64,000 nt of DNA from Lama guanicoe (lineage: Eukaryota). Position numbers and translations under genes: made by a program. Location of the stretch: positions 13,451 to 77,450 of the forward strand of contig MU053410.1 of assembly GCA_013239625.1 (NCBI GenBank). Reading direction: 5' to 3'. Below are positions 1-11,747 of this stretch, in pieces. Below the pieces are notes generated by a model. That model had not been told where the DNA came from and searched no databases. It saw only the letters and a program-made list of their open reading frames with translations. Position 1 is the first letter of the stretch. The number at the start of each line of letters is the position of its first letter.

Positions 1-560
1 ACGCGCGAAGGCGCAGGAGCCCGCCCAGAGTGTGCGGGAGCTGGACCAGAGCCGGGTAGAGCTGGACCAGAGCCGGGTGCTCCTGGACCAGCTCCCCGAG
101 GAGGAACACGGCCCGGGGCCCGGGCCGCCTCGTGCCTTCACCTCTGCTGCTGCTGTCACCTGGCAGGTAAGGGGGCGCTGGTGGGGGCGCGCAGGTTGGG
201 GAGCCGGTGGGTTGCGGCCTGGGCTGCGCGGGGGAGGCGCACAAGGAGGGCTGTGGAGGTGAGGCCTGGGCCGCGCGGCCCATTAGGCCCCTGAGGTGGG
301 TCCGGGGCCGCCGCCCTGGTTCGTGGTACATCGCCCCCGCCATTAGTAGTCACTGGACCCCGGTGTCTTCATCGCTGCTCACACGTGGGTTTGGGAAAGC
401 GGGAGCAGTCTCGGGAGGTGGGAGGGCGCCGGACTGGCCTTGGAGCACCTCCGACTGGCCCTCAGGCCATGGCCTTCCTGCTTAGGTGGGCCTGCCTGGC
501 GACTGCAGGCCGCCCTGGACCCTCCAGGATGGAATAACGGCGAGGCCAGGGCTTTTGGGA
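1..560 (+). promoter_or_regulatory. CpG island 1, unit A (5' part lies outside the window)
   Basis: GC- and CpG-rich; contains splice donor CAG|GTAAGG at 166/167. Confidence 0.7.
38..91 (+). repeat. 21-bp tandem repeat, about 2.5 copies (also 21128-21181 and 40454-40507)
   Basis: GAGCTGGACCAGAGCCGGGTA GAGCTGGACCAGAGCCGGGTG CTCCTGGACCAG. Confidence 0.9.
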
Positions 561-611
561 ACATGTCGGTCTGCCCCCGAGATCAAAATGTTTTGTCAAG
601 TTTAGGTTTAG

Positions 612-1278
612 TTAGTCTTTGGAAGAATCTCCAAACTGTTTTTCACAGCGGCTACGCCAAACTGCATTGCCATCAACAGTGTAGGAGGGCCCCCTTCTCT
701 CCACAGCCTCTCCAGCGTTTCTTCTTTGTGAACTTTTGTTGAATGATGAACTTTCTGACTGTGTGTGTGAGGTGATACCTCCTAGTTTTGATTTGCATTT
801 CTCTGATAAGGAGAGATATTGAGCATTGTTTTCGTGTGCCTGTTGGCCATTTGTTTGTCTTCACTGGAGAAATGCGTGTTCAGGTCTTCTGCCCGTGTTT
901 GGATTGGGGTGTTTGTGTTTTGGTTATTAAGTTGTATGCGGTGATTATGTAGCCTAGAAATTAAGCCTTTGTCAGTCGAATCGTTTGCAAATATTTTCTC
1001 CCATTCAGTAGGTTGTCTTTTTGTTTTGCTTATGGTTCCCTTTGCGGTGCGGAAGCTTGTGAGCCCAGCTAGGTCCCATGTGTGTGTTTGCTTGTGCTTT
1101 TCTTTCTGGTGCTGGGGTAGACTGCCCTAGGAGCACATTGCTGAGATGTATGTGAGATAATGTGTTGCCTATGGTTTCTTCTAAGAGGTTTATAGATTCT
1201 GGTCTTCTGTTTAAGTCTTTAAGCTATTTTGAGTTTATTTCTGTGTATGGTGTTAGGCAGTCATCTAACTTCATTGAC
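612..1278 (-). mobile_element. LINE-1 ORF2 3' fragment, antisense (also 21702-22368 and 41028-41694)
   Basis: Minus-strand [17 protein letters not shown]…WRGCGEKGALLHC is the L1 ORF2 C-terminal motif. Confidence 0.9.
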
Positions 1279-1493
1279 AATTCATGGGTGTGATGGAGAA
1301 GCCATATGTTGCCGTTGTAAGTAGAGTATCAATTAGCCTCAAGAAAGAAGGGCTCCTGACCATTAGAAATGGGGAGACAAAAGCCACCTGGCATCCTGGT
1401 GGGTAGAGGGGTGGGCAGTTAGATGAGGATGCAGGGAAAGAGAGCTGGCTCACATTCAGACATGATGGTGACCACGCACCCTTCCTCCTGCAG

Positions 1494-1771
1494 AAAATCT
1501 CACGTCCTGGAGAACTACCGGGTTTTGTTAGGAAACACCCAGCTGTACCAGCACACCAGGCACACCCAGAAGTTACCTGTGAGCCAGATTATCGTGTACC
1601 CAGACTTTGATAAATTTCACCCTTTTGGGAATGACATAGCCATGTTGCAGCTGCTCTTTCCTGTGAACTTCACCTCCCACATCATCCCCTCCTGCCTCCC
1701 AGCTCCTGGCATGCAGCTGCCCAGTAACTCGTCCTGCTGGATAACGGGCTGGGGCATGCTCAGTGAGGAAA
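1494..1771 (+). CDS. PRSS47: PRSS47-like exon with catalytic Asp (DIAMLQL), copy A
   Basis: Acceptor CCTTCCTCCTGCAG|, donor A|GTAAGG, open frame, trypsin-family motifs DIA, CLP, CWITGWG. Confidence 0.8.
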
Positions 1772-2500
1772 GTAAGGGGGCATGGGAGAGGCCAGGGGGC
1801 AGATGAGGGTGGGGAGGAGGGGCAGGGAGGGGAGAAGGACAGAGGGGTCCCCAGGCAAAGTGGCCGCTGGACCTTGGCTTGCCGTGCCTCATTTCCAGAG
1901 GACCGGACTAGTCTAGTTCTAGTTCTGAAAGTGTGTGATCCTAAAGCTTCAGTGCTCTCTGAGTCCAGATCTCCGCAAGTCTGGGAATCTGAGTTTTGGA
2001 CTCAAGAATTGGGTTCTTGGAGTCTTTCTAAGGCTTGACTCCAAGATTTTAATCAACCATGGATGTCAGATGACTTGATTCAACTCAGAAGTCATGGCTG
2101 GGGCCTGGACCATTCCAAGCCACTGACAAACACTCCTATTTCCCATTGCCATAGGAGGCACTTAGGAAAACTGGAGAGAAAACACATTTATGAACTCTGA
2201 CCTCTGACCTCTGAGCCTGCAGGATCAACTTAGAATAATTATGACCTGAGAGTGTTTGGCCTCTCTGAAGCTCGCTGTGCTGTCCTTCCAACACAGGTCA
2301 ACTATCTACTTTGTAGGCTTATTCGGTGAACTGAATAATGCAGGAAAAAGTTTGTGTTTTTTAGGGTTGAAAAAGGAGAAGTGTAGGCAAAGATTTATAA
2401 GCAAGAGTCTTTATTAAAGAAAGGAATGTTCATGGTTTGGGGAAATGCGTACAGTGCAAAATTAAGTGGAAAAAGCACATATATTTGTAATTATTTGGTA

Positions 2501-2625
2501 CAGTGTTTCTCAGCAGAGGTGCTGCAGGCATTTTGGATGGACCGTATCTTCACTGGGTAGGATGCACCTGTTAGTGTGTCAGTAACTCTCCCTGTCATAG
2601 GACAACCAGGTCCCCAGTATTCCCA
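2501..2625. mobile_element. Probable MER20-like hAT DNA transposon remnant (repeated in B and C)
   Basis: CAGTGTTTCTCA…GGCATTTTGG…GACAACC resembles recalled MER20 consensus; degenerate. Confidence 0.4.
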
Positions 2626-2630
2626 CACCA

Positions 2631-2635
2631 TACAT

Positions 2636-2689
<54 letters not shown>

Positions 2690-2690
2690 C
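2631..2690. repeat. (CA)n microsatellite (also about 23721-23765 and 43047-43090)
   Basis: Direct reading. Length differs by 6 bp between A and B/C. Confidence 0.95.
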
Positions 2691-3224
2691 AACACAGCAC
2701 ACCATGCTCACATCCACAAATACACACACAGAGACTGCTTCCCCTTGAGGGCAGGGACCCTGTCTTGCTGGTTTAATGTCCCAGCCTGTGCCCAGGGCCT
2801 GGCCCTGGCAGGTGCTCTGCTGCTGCCCCTGGGTCCTAGAGACCGTCATTCTTGCCTGCACCTCCAGACCGGTCTCCAGCTCCACCCTGTGTGCTCTGCT
2901 TTAGTCCCCACCAGCTGAATGTTTGCTTCAGAGCAGGGGTCGTGCCAGTCCCCTGCTCACTACCCTCAGTGCCTCCTCACTTATGCTTCGAAAAAGGTCC
3001 AGACGCCCTACCTCGGCTCTGCATAACAGCCTCCATCCCTCTGTGCTTATCTCCTGCTGCGTCCCTTGCTGGAGCCTGCCCAGCCGCAGGCCTCCTTCCT
3101 TCTGTGAATGTGCCACAGCCACTCCCTGATCGGGCCGTCGCCGAGGCTGGGCTCCCGGCCCCGCTTGCTCTCCCTGCTCTCCTGGGCACGACTTGCTCAT
3201 CTTGGCAGGACTCATTCCTTTACA

Positions 3225-3440
3225 TGAACAACTCGGCTCCTCCTCTGAGGAGTTTTACTGGATCACATGAGCTAAAATAGACAACCCCTAACACCACAGC
3301 TCCCTGTTGCCTTTACACCACTTATTAGATCTAAAATCATTCTACTATTCACTTCACTTCCCCGTCTCCCCCAACTGAGTATGTTCCTCTGTATCACTAG
3401 TGTCTAAAAGACACTAAACACGAGGACAGATGAATAAGGG
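3225..3440. mobile_element. Probable L2 3'-end remnant, followed by purine-rich GGA/GGAT low-complexity DNA to about 3780
   Basis: TCTCCCCCAACTGAGTATGTTCCTC…TGTATCACTAGTGTCTA…GATGAATAA resembles L2 3' ends. Confidence 0.4.
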
Positions 3441-4047
3441 AGTGAGCAGATGGGAGGATGGATTGGGGAGGGGGAGGGGGGAGGATGAGTGAGGGGAAGG
3501 GAAGATGGGGGGTGCGTAGGTGAGAGGATGGTGGGCAGACAGATGGAGTGAGTGGACACATCAGTAGGTGGAGGGGAGAATGGAGAGATGGGTCAAAAGA
3601 TGGGTGGATGGGCAAATGGATGGAAGGGTGAGTGGGTGAACAGGACAAAAGGAGAGCTAGGTAGATGGAGGGAGGATTGGTGGGTAGAAGGAAAGGTTAG
3701 TGATAGACAAGTGGAGAATGGATGGGATGGTTTGAGAAAGGGTAGGAAGGCTGGTGAGTGGTTGCTGATCGCCCGGGTAGGGTATGTGTTGGGATTTGCG
3801 GAATAGAAGAGGTGTGGTCTGTTGCCATGAGGGAGGTAGAGGGAATAGGTTGAGTTTGGAGGAGTTCAGGAAACAGGAGGGGGCTTCTTAGGCAGAGGTA
3901 GAACTGGAACAGCGCTGCAGACCCAGCTGTGCCGAGACAACCCTGGGCTCGGGGCGCAGCGGCGAGCAGGGAGGAGGAGCGGGGAGCGCGGAGCAGCCCA
4001 GAGCTGAGCTGCAGCACCGTTCACTCAACTCCTCCTCGTCCTCGCAG

Positions 4048-4214
4048 GGCCTCTGCTCGAGCCCTTCCGTCTCCAGGAGGGGAAGGTGGGCCTCGTTGAG
4101 AACAAGTTCTGCAATATGTTATATGAACAAAGAGTTGGCCAAGGCAGGAACTACTCTGTGCATGAGGAGATGCTGTGTGCTGGGGACTTCTCGACAGGAA
4201 AGGCCATCTGCTGC
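4048..4214 (+). CDS. PRSS47: PRSS47-like exon (LQE…C…MLCAG…IC), copy A
   Basis: Acceptor CCTCGTCCTCGCAG|, donor C|GTGAGT, 167 nt, in frame with the previous exon. Confidence 0.8.
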
Positions 4215-4449
4215 GTGAGTGAGGCCATTTCTGTTCCTCCCTTGCGTGTTCTCAGGGCCTCAGTTTCCCTGGGGATGGGGGGGGTGTTGCCTCTGCTCTC
4301 CTTGTGGAGACCCCCAGGACGTCCTGCTTCCTCCCTCTCCGTGTCTTCCCGGGGCTCCAGCCCTTGGCAGCGTTCCCCCGGCTGCCCCTTCCTGAGCCCA
4401 TTGTCCCTGAGGGCGTTACTGGCAGGACCTCAGACAGCGTCTGTTTTTG

Positions 4450-5300
4450 AGGCCTATTTTACAGTTTTGATTGAGGTGTAACATACTTACAAAAAAGTAT
4501 ATTCATAGTGTTGTCATAGGTGAGTGGTGGGCGAATCTTCACATAGTGACGCAACATGTGACCAACACCCCGGGGCCCCACTCGTGTCCCTTTCCAGTCA
4601 CCAGCACTCAGGGGAAACCGCCACCTTCACTTGCAACACCTCAGATTAGATCATGGGTTTTCTGTAAGTAGCATTTATTTCCAGTTGTCAGTCTTTCATG
4701 GTCACATTCTGTGTGTGAGCTGCATGCCTGCTGCTGCCTATAGTTAGTTTGTTCATCCTCGTCGCCTTCCAGGACTCTGCTGGAGGCACTGAATTCTGTG
4801 GTCAGTTCTGCTTCTGATGGGTATTCTAGCAGTTTCCAAGCTGTCCGTTTCATTTCGCTTCCAAATGTTTCATATAGTCCATTCCATAGAAGCCCATGAG
4901 GAGAACTGTTGGATGAAGAGGTATGCGTGTGTTCAGCTCTGGCAGATGCTACCAGACACCTCCAAAGTGCTTGCCACAGGCCCCCCTCCAGCAGTGGGTG
5001 AGGCTCTGTGTCCTCGCCGACACTTGGCACTTTCCGTCTTTTCTCATTTTGATATCTTATTGTGGTTTTAATCTTCATTTTCATTAAATGTATTTTCGTA
5101 TGTTTATTGTCATTGGATGTCTTCTTCTGTAAAGCTTCCCTTCCAGTTCTCTCCCCTCTCATCTTCCTCTTGGGCTGTCTGTCTTTTCCTTGAGGGGCTC
5201 TTGGTATATTTGTATATTTTTCTATATTCCGATATGAGTCCGCTGTTGGTTATATGGAGTGTGAAGCTCTCTTTCTGCTCTTTGTCGTGCCCCATGTTGT
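4450..5300 (-). mobile_element. Old L1M 3'-end fragment, antisense (also about 25534-26384 and 44860-45710)
   Basis: TTTTGATTGAGGTGTAACATAC… start; minus-strand KMKIKTTIRY…SVGEDTE and GLISEYRK resemble the L1 ORF2 tail. Confidence 0.7.
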
Positions 5301-5595
5301 AAGTGGGCAGACAGGCCCAGAGAAGGAAAGTGGTACCCTAAAACAAGGCAGTCCAACCTGACTCCAAACCCACTGCCTCCCCCACAGGGCCCAGCCTCCC
5401 ATGCTCACATCACATCTTTCACACAGACGGCACCGTGGGGTGGAGGGGAGAGTGTTGGGCTCTGGAGTTAGAGACACTGCTCTGCCACGTGTCCCTGCCC
5501 TGTGACCTCCAGCGGTCTTTTCACCTCCTGAGCCTGTGTCTTCGTTTGCAGTGTGGGATTCGGAGGCCTCCTTCGTGGCATTATGGAAAGGATAG

Positions 5596-5891
5596 TGCAA
5601 TGAGTTGGATAATGTCCCCTAAATTTGTGTCCACTTGGAAACTCAGAATATGACCTGTATTGGAAATAGAGGCTTTCCAGATGTGACTAGATAAGAATCT
5701 CGAGATGACACCACTCTGAATTTGCAGTGGGCCCTGAATCCAATGACTTGTGTTCTTATAGGAACAGAGACAGACACAGAGACGCTTGGTGTCAGACTTC
5801 CGGCTCCCAGAATCATGAGGGGTCGCATTTCTGTTGTTTGCAGAGTCACTCAGTTTGGGGTGATATGCTGTGGCACCCCAGGACACCCACA
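5596..5891 (+). mobile_element. MLT1-type MaLR LTR (also 26680-26975 and 46006-46301)
   Basis: GTCCCCTAAATT…CTCAGAATATGACCTGTATTGGAAATAG…GGGCCCTGAATCCAATGACT…CTTATA…ATTTCTGTTGTTT are MLT1 hallmarks. Confidence 0.8.
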
Positions 5892-6609
5892 CGGGAGGGG
5901 TGAGGTGCGCCTGGCCCATGGGAGGGCCGCGCTGATGGCAGGTTCCATGATGGCCCAGTGAGCTGCTGAGCCCGAGGGGGAAGCTTGGCCACCTGCCCCC
6001 TTGGTAGGAGGCGGACCCAGGTTTCCCGGTGCCCAGGCCCTAACCAGTGGTGTGGGCTCTCTGACTGTCTGGCCTGGCCTGTCCTTCTGACGGAGTCAGC
6101 TGCACCTAGAGGTGAAACAAAGGGCTCAGCACTCAGCCTCCCAAGTCCCCATCTGGCTGTCACCCTGGACCCCACTTCCAGCCTTGTCCCCCACCTGCCC
6201 TCCCCTGCAGAGGCCAAGCCCATGGAGCGCAGGGCTGGAGCCCTCTGTCTGCTTGCCCGCCGGACATGCACAGTGGCCCTCAACCTCGCTGCTCCTCTAG
6301 TTCCCCCCGGCTTGAGGACACCACTGAGCTGGACACCCAGGAGTCCCAGCAGGTGACCCCCTCCTGCCTCCCTCAGCCTTTCTGTCACCCAAGCCCACCT
6401 GAGAGATTCCTTCTAGATTCATCTTCTGCCACGTCACCTGCTCTGGCGCCCACCCTGCAACCCGGGGCTCTCTTCTCTCCCCTAAAGTGTCCCTCCCCCT
6501 GCACAGGGCCCCCAGAAACAGGTCTGAGGAGAGAAGGGCCACAGGGGCACTCAGCACTCAGACTGTGGGGCAGGACGGGCCTGGTTCCAGCCATTAATCT
6601 GTTGTTTAC

Positions 6610-6738
6610 TGGGATTGTGGCCTCAGCTCAGTTTCCTCACCCATGAAATGGGGTCGCTAACAGCCTCCACTTAATAAGGTTCCTATAACAATTTGCGAGC
6701 TGTGTCTGGCACTCAGTAGGTGCTTGACAAGTGTTGGC
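6610..6738. mobile_element. MIR SINE remnant (repeated in B and C)
   Basis: CTCAGTTTCCTCACCCATGAAATGGGG…TGGCACTCAGTAGGTGCTTGACAA is the MIR core. Confidence 0.7.
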
Positions 6739-6870
6739 TTTCATTCTCCTGGCCTGGTCTGCCCCCCTCTATCTTAATTGTACCTGTTCTGGGCCTGTCT
6801 TAGACCTTCCTGTCACTCAAGGTGGATTCCACTGCCTGGCCCACTCAACACACACATGCAAGTGTGTCTG

Positions 6871-6871
6871 T

Positions 6872-6918
<47 letters not shown>
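6871..6918. repeat. (CG)n(CA)n microsatellite (also about 27961-28006 and 47287-47332)
   Basis: Direct reading. Confidence 0.9.
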
Positions 6919-6921
<3 letters not shown>

Positions 6922-7263
6922 GGCTGTGTCTCTACAGCAGTGCAAACCACAGCTCACTTCGCATGGGAAATATTAGTGTTGGGGTTCCCTCTGGCTTCTG
7001 AGAGCTCCCCAGGGGCCAGAAGACTATTGGAACCCTTCCCATCTCCCCATGACTGGCCCAGAATCCATCATACTATTGGCAACCATGTGACTCATCTGCG
7101 TGAATCTTTGAGGCCTGGAGTGGACAAGGACCAGGCCTTCCCCTGGCCTTGAGCAACCAGGAGTGGGTACACTGTGGGGAGGGCTGAGAGCACTCCAGGC
7201 AGGGACCACAGAGGGGAGGAGCTGAGAGGATGTTGGCACATTCCCTATCTCCAAGAAGCCCCA

Positions 7264-7530
7264 TGTATGACCCTCTTGGGGCTGCTGAGACAAACCTCAA
7301 ACTGGGTGGCTAAAATTACAGAAATTTATTATCTTAGGTTTCTGATGGTCAAAGGTCTAAAACATAGGTGCTGGCCAGGCACGTTCCTTCTGGAGGCTCT
7401 AGAGAAGAATGTTTCCTTTCTTCTTCTGGTTTTTAAGGGGCCTCCCACATTCCTTGGCTCATGGCCCCTTCCACCATCCTCAAAGCACATTGCTCCAAAC
7501 TCTGCTTCTGTCATCTTATCTCCACGTGTG
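7264..7530 (-). mobile_element. MLT1-type LTR fragment, antisense (also 28352-28618 and 47678-47944)
   Basis: AAACTGGGTGGCTAAAA…CAGAAATTTATT…CCTTCTGGAGGCTCTAG…CATTCCTTGGCTCATGGCCCCTTCC. Confidence 0.75.
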
Positions 7531-8455
7531 ACACATTTCACCTTTTCTGCTTAGCTGACTCAGGACTTAGCGGTCTGGCAATAAGCCTTGAAGCAATGTT
7601 CTCATCATTCTTCCTGACCATCTGCCTGGCGCAGTCCTTGTGTAGCCAGAAGGATCCCAGACGAACACCTGTATGGCAAAAAAAAAAAAACTGGACAACT
7701 TAGAAGAAATGGACAAGTTTCTAGAAACAAACAGTCCACCAAAACTGAACCAAGAAGATATAGATCATTTGAACAGACCAATCACTAGAGGTGAAATAGA
7801 ATCAACAATAAAAAAACCTCCTTGCAAACAAAGGTCCAGGACCAGACGGCTTCACTGGGGAATTTTACCAAACATACCAAGAAGAGCTCATACCAATCCT
7901 CCTCAAACGCTTCCAAAAGATTGAAAAGGAGAAAATGCTTCCAAATTCATTCTATGAAGCCACCATCACCCTGGTACCAAAGCCAGACCAAGACACTACC
8001 TAGAAAGAAAGCTATAGGCCAATATCATTGATGTGCATAGATGCAGAAATCCTCAACGAAACATTAGCAAACAGAATCCAACAACATGTAAAAAAAGGTC
8101 ATACACCATGATCAAGTTGGGTGCATCCCCGGGACACAAGGATATTTCAACATACATGAATCAATCAATGTGATACACCACAGAGAAAGGACAAAAATCA
8201 CATGATCATCTCAATAGGTGCAGAAAAACCATTGGATAAAATTGAACATTTATGGTAAAAAATCTAACCAAAGTGGGTACAGAGGGAACATATCTCAACA
8301 TAATAAAAGCTACTTATGATAAACCTACAGCCAGCATAACACTCAATGGTGCAAAGCTGAAAGCCTTCCTGCTAAGATCTGGAACAAGACAAGGATGCCC
8401 ACTCTCACCACTTCTATTCAGTATAGTATTGCAAGTCCTAGCCGGAGCAATTAGA

Positions 8456-8467
8456 CAACAACAACAA

Positions 8468-8515
<48 letters not shown>
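8456..8515 (+). repeat. (CAA)n microsatellite inside L1 RT (also 29544-29588 and 48870-48914)
   Basis: A has (CAA)4 AAA (CAA)15; B and C have (CAA)15. Confidence 0.95.
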
Positions 8516-9278
8516 AGGGAATGAATGGGATCCAAATTGGAAGAGATGGGTAAAATTGTCATTATATGCAGATGACGTGATACTATATAGAGAAAACCCT
8601 CAAGGCTCCACACAAAAACTATTAGAGCTGATGAAAGAATTCAGCAAAGTAGCAGGATACAAGAGTAACATACAGAAATCAGTGCCATTTCTTTACACTA
8701 ACAATGAAATATCAGAAAAGGAAAGTAAGGAAACAATCCCTTTTAAAATTGCATCCAAAAACATAAAATACTTAGCAATAAGTCTGACCCAGGAAGTGAA
8801 AGACATATGTGGAGAAATACAAAACACTAAGGAAATTAAATATGACTTAAAGAAATGGAAAGATATCCCATGTTCTTAGATTGGAAGAATTGATATTGTT
8901 AAGATGGCCATACTACACAAAGCAATCTACAGTTTTAATGCCCATCCATATTAACCCAGGACACTTTTCACAGAACTACAATAAATTATCCTAAAATTTA
9001 AATGGAATCACAAAAGACCCAGAATTGCCAAGACAATACTGAAGAAAAAGAACAAAGCTGTAGGAATAACCCTCCCAGGCTTCAGACAATGTTGTAGAGC
9101 TACAGTAATCAAAACAGCATGGCATTTGTACAAAACCAGACATATGGATCAATGGAACAGAAGAGAGAGCCCAGAAATAAATCCACAAACTTTTGATCAA
9201 TTAATCTTTGACAAATGAGTCAAAAACATACAGTGGAATAAAGACAGTCTCTTCAGCAAATGGTGTTGGGAAAACTGG

Positions 9279-9593
9279 NNNNNNNNNNNNNNNNNNNNNN
9301 NNNNNNNNNNNNNNNNNNNNNNNNNNNNNNNNNNNNNNNNNNNNNNNNNNNNNNNNNNNNNNNNNNNNNNNNNNNNNNNNNNNNNNNNNNNNNNNNNNNN
9401 NNNNNNNNNNNNNNNNNNNNNNNNNNNNNNNNNNNNNNNNNNNNNNNNNNNNNNNNNNNNNNNNNNNNNNNNNNNNNNNNNNNNNNNNNNNNNNNNNNNN
9501 NNNNNNNNNNNNNNNNNNNNNNNNNNNNNNNNNNNNNNNNNNNNNNNNNNNNNNNNNNNNNNNNNNNNNNNNNNNNNNNNNNNNNNNNNNNNN
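9279..9593. other. Assembly gap (315 N)
   Basis: N run; corresponds to 30352-30683 in B. Confidence 1.
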
Positions 9594-9891
9594 CCAGAAT
9601 ATATGAACAGCTCATACAACTTAATAAGAAAAAACAAACAACCCAATCCAAAAATGGGCAGAAGACCTAAACAAACAATTCTCCAGTGAAAACATACAAG
9701 TAGCCAATAGGCACATGAAAAAATGCTCCACATCATTAATTATTAGAGAAATGCAAATCAAAACTACTATGAGATATCACCTCACATTAGTCAGAAGAAC
9801 TGTTATTCAGGAGTACACAAAGGATAAATGCTGGAGAGGCTGTGGAGAAAAGAGAACCCTCCTGCACCGCTGGTGGAATGTCATTTGGTGT

Positions 9892-10459
9892 NNNNNNNNN
9901 NNNNNNNNNNNNNNNNNNNNNNNNNNNNNNNNNNNNNNNNNNNNNNNNNNNNNNNNNNNNNNNNNNNNNNNNNNNNNNNNNNNNNNNNNNNNNNNNNNNN
10001 NNNNNNNNNNNNNNNNNNNNNNNNNNNNNNNNNNNNNNNNNNNNNNNNNNNNNNNNNNNNNNNNNNNNNNNNNNNNNNNNNNNNNNNNNNNNNNNNNNNN
10101 NNNNNNNNNNNNNNNNNNNNNNNNNNNNNNNNNNNNNNNNNNNNNNNNNNNNNNNNNNNNNNNNNNNNNNNNNNNNNNNNNNNNNNNNNNNNNNNNNNNN
10201 NNNNNNNNNNNNNNNNNNNNNNNNNNNNNNNNNNNNNNNNNNNNNNNNNNNNNNNNNNNNNNNNNNNNNNNNNNNNNNNNNNNNNNNNNNNNNNNNNNNN
10301 NNNNNNNNNNNNNNNNNNNNNNNNNNNNNNNNNNNNNNNNNNNNNNNNNNNNNNNNNNNNNNNNNNNNNNNNNNNNNNNNNNNNNNNNNNNNNNNNNNNN
10401 NNNNNNNNNNNNNNNNNNNNNNNNNNNNNNNNNNNNNNNNNNNNNNNNNNNNNNNNNNN
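9892..10459. other. Assembly gap (568 N)
   Basis: N run; corresponds to about 30982-31693 in B. Confidence 1.
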
Positions 10460-11257
10460 TATACATATACACAAAAAATAAAACAGGATCCCAGGAGGCC
10501 TCAGTGCACTCACCCCAGAACTAAGAAACCATGATAATGTGGTAAAGTCCCCATTTAGCACATATCCAGTATGGACCAGATGACATTCAAACAATTCAAT
10601 GCAGATTCTTTCCAGTCCTGGCATTGCCCAGGTATCCTGGACCCTCACTGGCAGGTGGGCACAAATGGACTCATGTACACATTGACACTGGGATCTCACC
10701 AGCTTGAGCAGGAATGTGCACAGGAACTCCCTTCACAAGATAATCTTGGGAGGCCTCAAGAAAGTGGTTTCCCAGTGTCCACAGCCATCTAGGCATTGCC
10801 AGCAGTCCTAGTCTCTGGCCATCTCTCTAGTTGGAGCTCTACCACTGAGGTACCACTACGCCTAGCTATGTGCCCACCACCAGCATCGATCCCTAAGAGC
10901 TCAGCTGTCTCTGGAAGGGGGAAGACAAACATTCCCTCCCTTGGTGGTAAACTCAGTTATAGGGGTCTCAGGCTGGGTTGCTTAGGCCCTGGATGTCAGT
11001 GAATTACTGAGATGACATGTGGTTACCCACACTCTCCACTAGGTCAGGGGAGCTCAGGCAGTTCAGCTGCAGCAGTAGCCATCCACTGGCCCTAAACTCC
11101 TATTCTCTGCCCAACCACAGCAGACTTGGGCTGGCTGTGCCCCAGGGGCCTGGCCTTCATATACCCTGTTCCTGAAGTTAGGTGATTCTCTGCCCATCTT
11201 GTATGCTCTGACCTCTAACCAAGGGATCCCACTATATATCTTATCTGCACAACACAC

Positions 11258-11747
11258 NNNNNNNNNNNNNNNNNNNNNNNNNNNNNNNNNNNNNNNNNNN
11301 NNNNNNNNNNNNNNNNNNNNNNNNNNNNNNNNNNNNNNNNNNNNNNNNNNNNNNNNNNNNNNNNNNNNNNNNNNNNNNNNNNNNNNNNNNNNNNNNNNNN
11401 NNNNNNNNNNNNNNNNNNNNNNNNNNNNNNNNNNNNNNNNNNNNNNNNNNNNNNNNNNNNNNNNNNNNNNNNNNNNNNNNNNNNNNNNNNNNNNNNNNNN
11501 NNNNNNNNNNNNNNNNNNNNNNNNNNNNNNNNNNNNNNNNNNNNNNNNNNNNNNNNNNNNNNNNNNNNNNNNNNNNNNNNNNNNNNNNNNNNNNNNNNNN
11601 NNNNNNNNNNNNNNNNNNNNNNNNNNNNNNNNNNNNNNNNNNNNNNNNNNNNNNNNNNNNNNNNNNNNNNNNNNNNNNNNNNNNNNNNNNNNNNNNNNNN
11701 NNNNNNNNNNNNNNNNNNNNNNNNNNNNNNNNNNNNNNNNNNNNNNN
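11258..11747. other. Assembly gap (490 N) flanked by a 559-bp duplication
   Basis: 10699-11257 is repeated at 11748-12306; single in B and C. Confidence 1.

Larger units (their letters stand above)
108..4214 (+). pseudogene. PRSS47: PRSS47-like serine protease gene fragment, copy A (candidate exon 108-166; exons 1494-1771 and 4048-4214)
   Basis: KSHVLENYRVLLGNTQLY…HPFGNDIAMLQL…CLP…CWITGWG and PFRLQEGKVGLVENKFCN…HEEMLCAGDFSTGKAIC match my recollection of PRSS47. AG/GT boundaries are canonical and phases compatible. No IxGG/His exon and no GDSGGP exon found. Confidence 0.8.
7661..10484 (+). mobile_element. 5'-truncated LINE-1 (ORF2 RT to 3' UTR), copy A, two internal gaps
   Basis: [13 protein letters not shown] and SLYADD RT motifs with stops and frameshifts. 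TSD AGGATCCCAG at 7651-7660 and 10485-10494. Confidence 0.95.

Noticed and set aside
5552..5595. GGGATTCGGAGGCCTCCTTCGT after a CAG acceptor as a degenerate GDSGGP (catalytic Ser) exon
   Set aside because: Needs several indels, runs straight into an ancient MLT1 LTR, and lacks downstream WVLVG/SWG motifs, which is inconsistent with the well-preserved upstream exons.
6211..6352. AG/GT-bounded segment with a VCLP motif as an extra protease exon
   Set aside because: That frame stops shortly afterwards and has no other trypsin motifs; probably chance.
8252..8613. PolyQ and polyC ORFs
   Set aside because: (CAA)n microsatellite inside a dead L1 ORF2.
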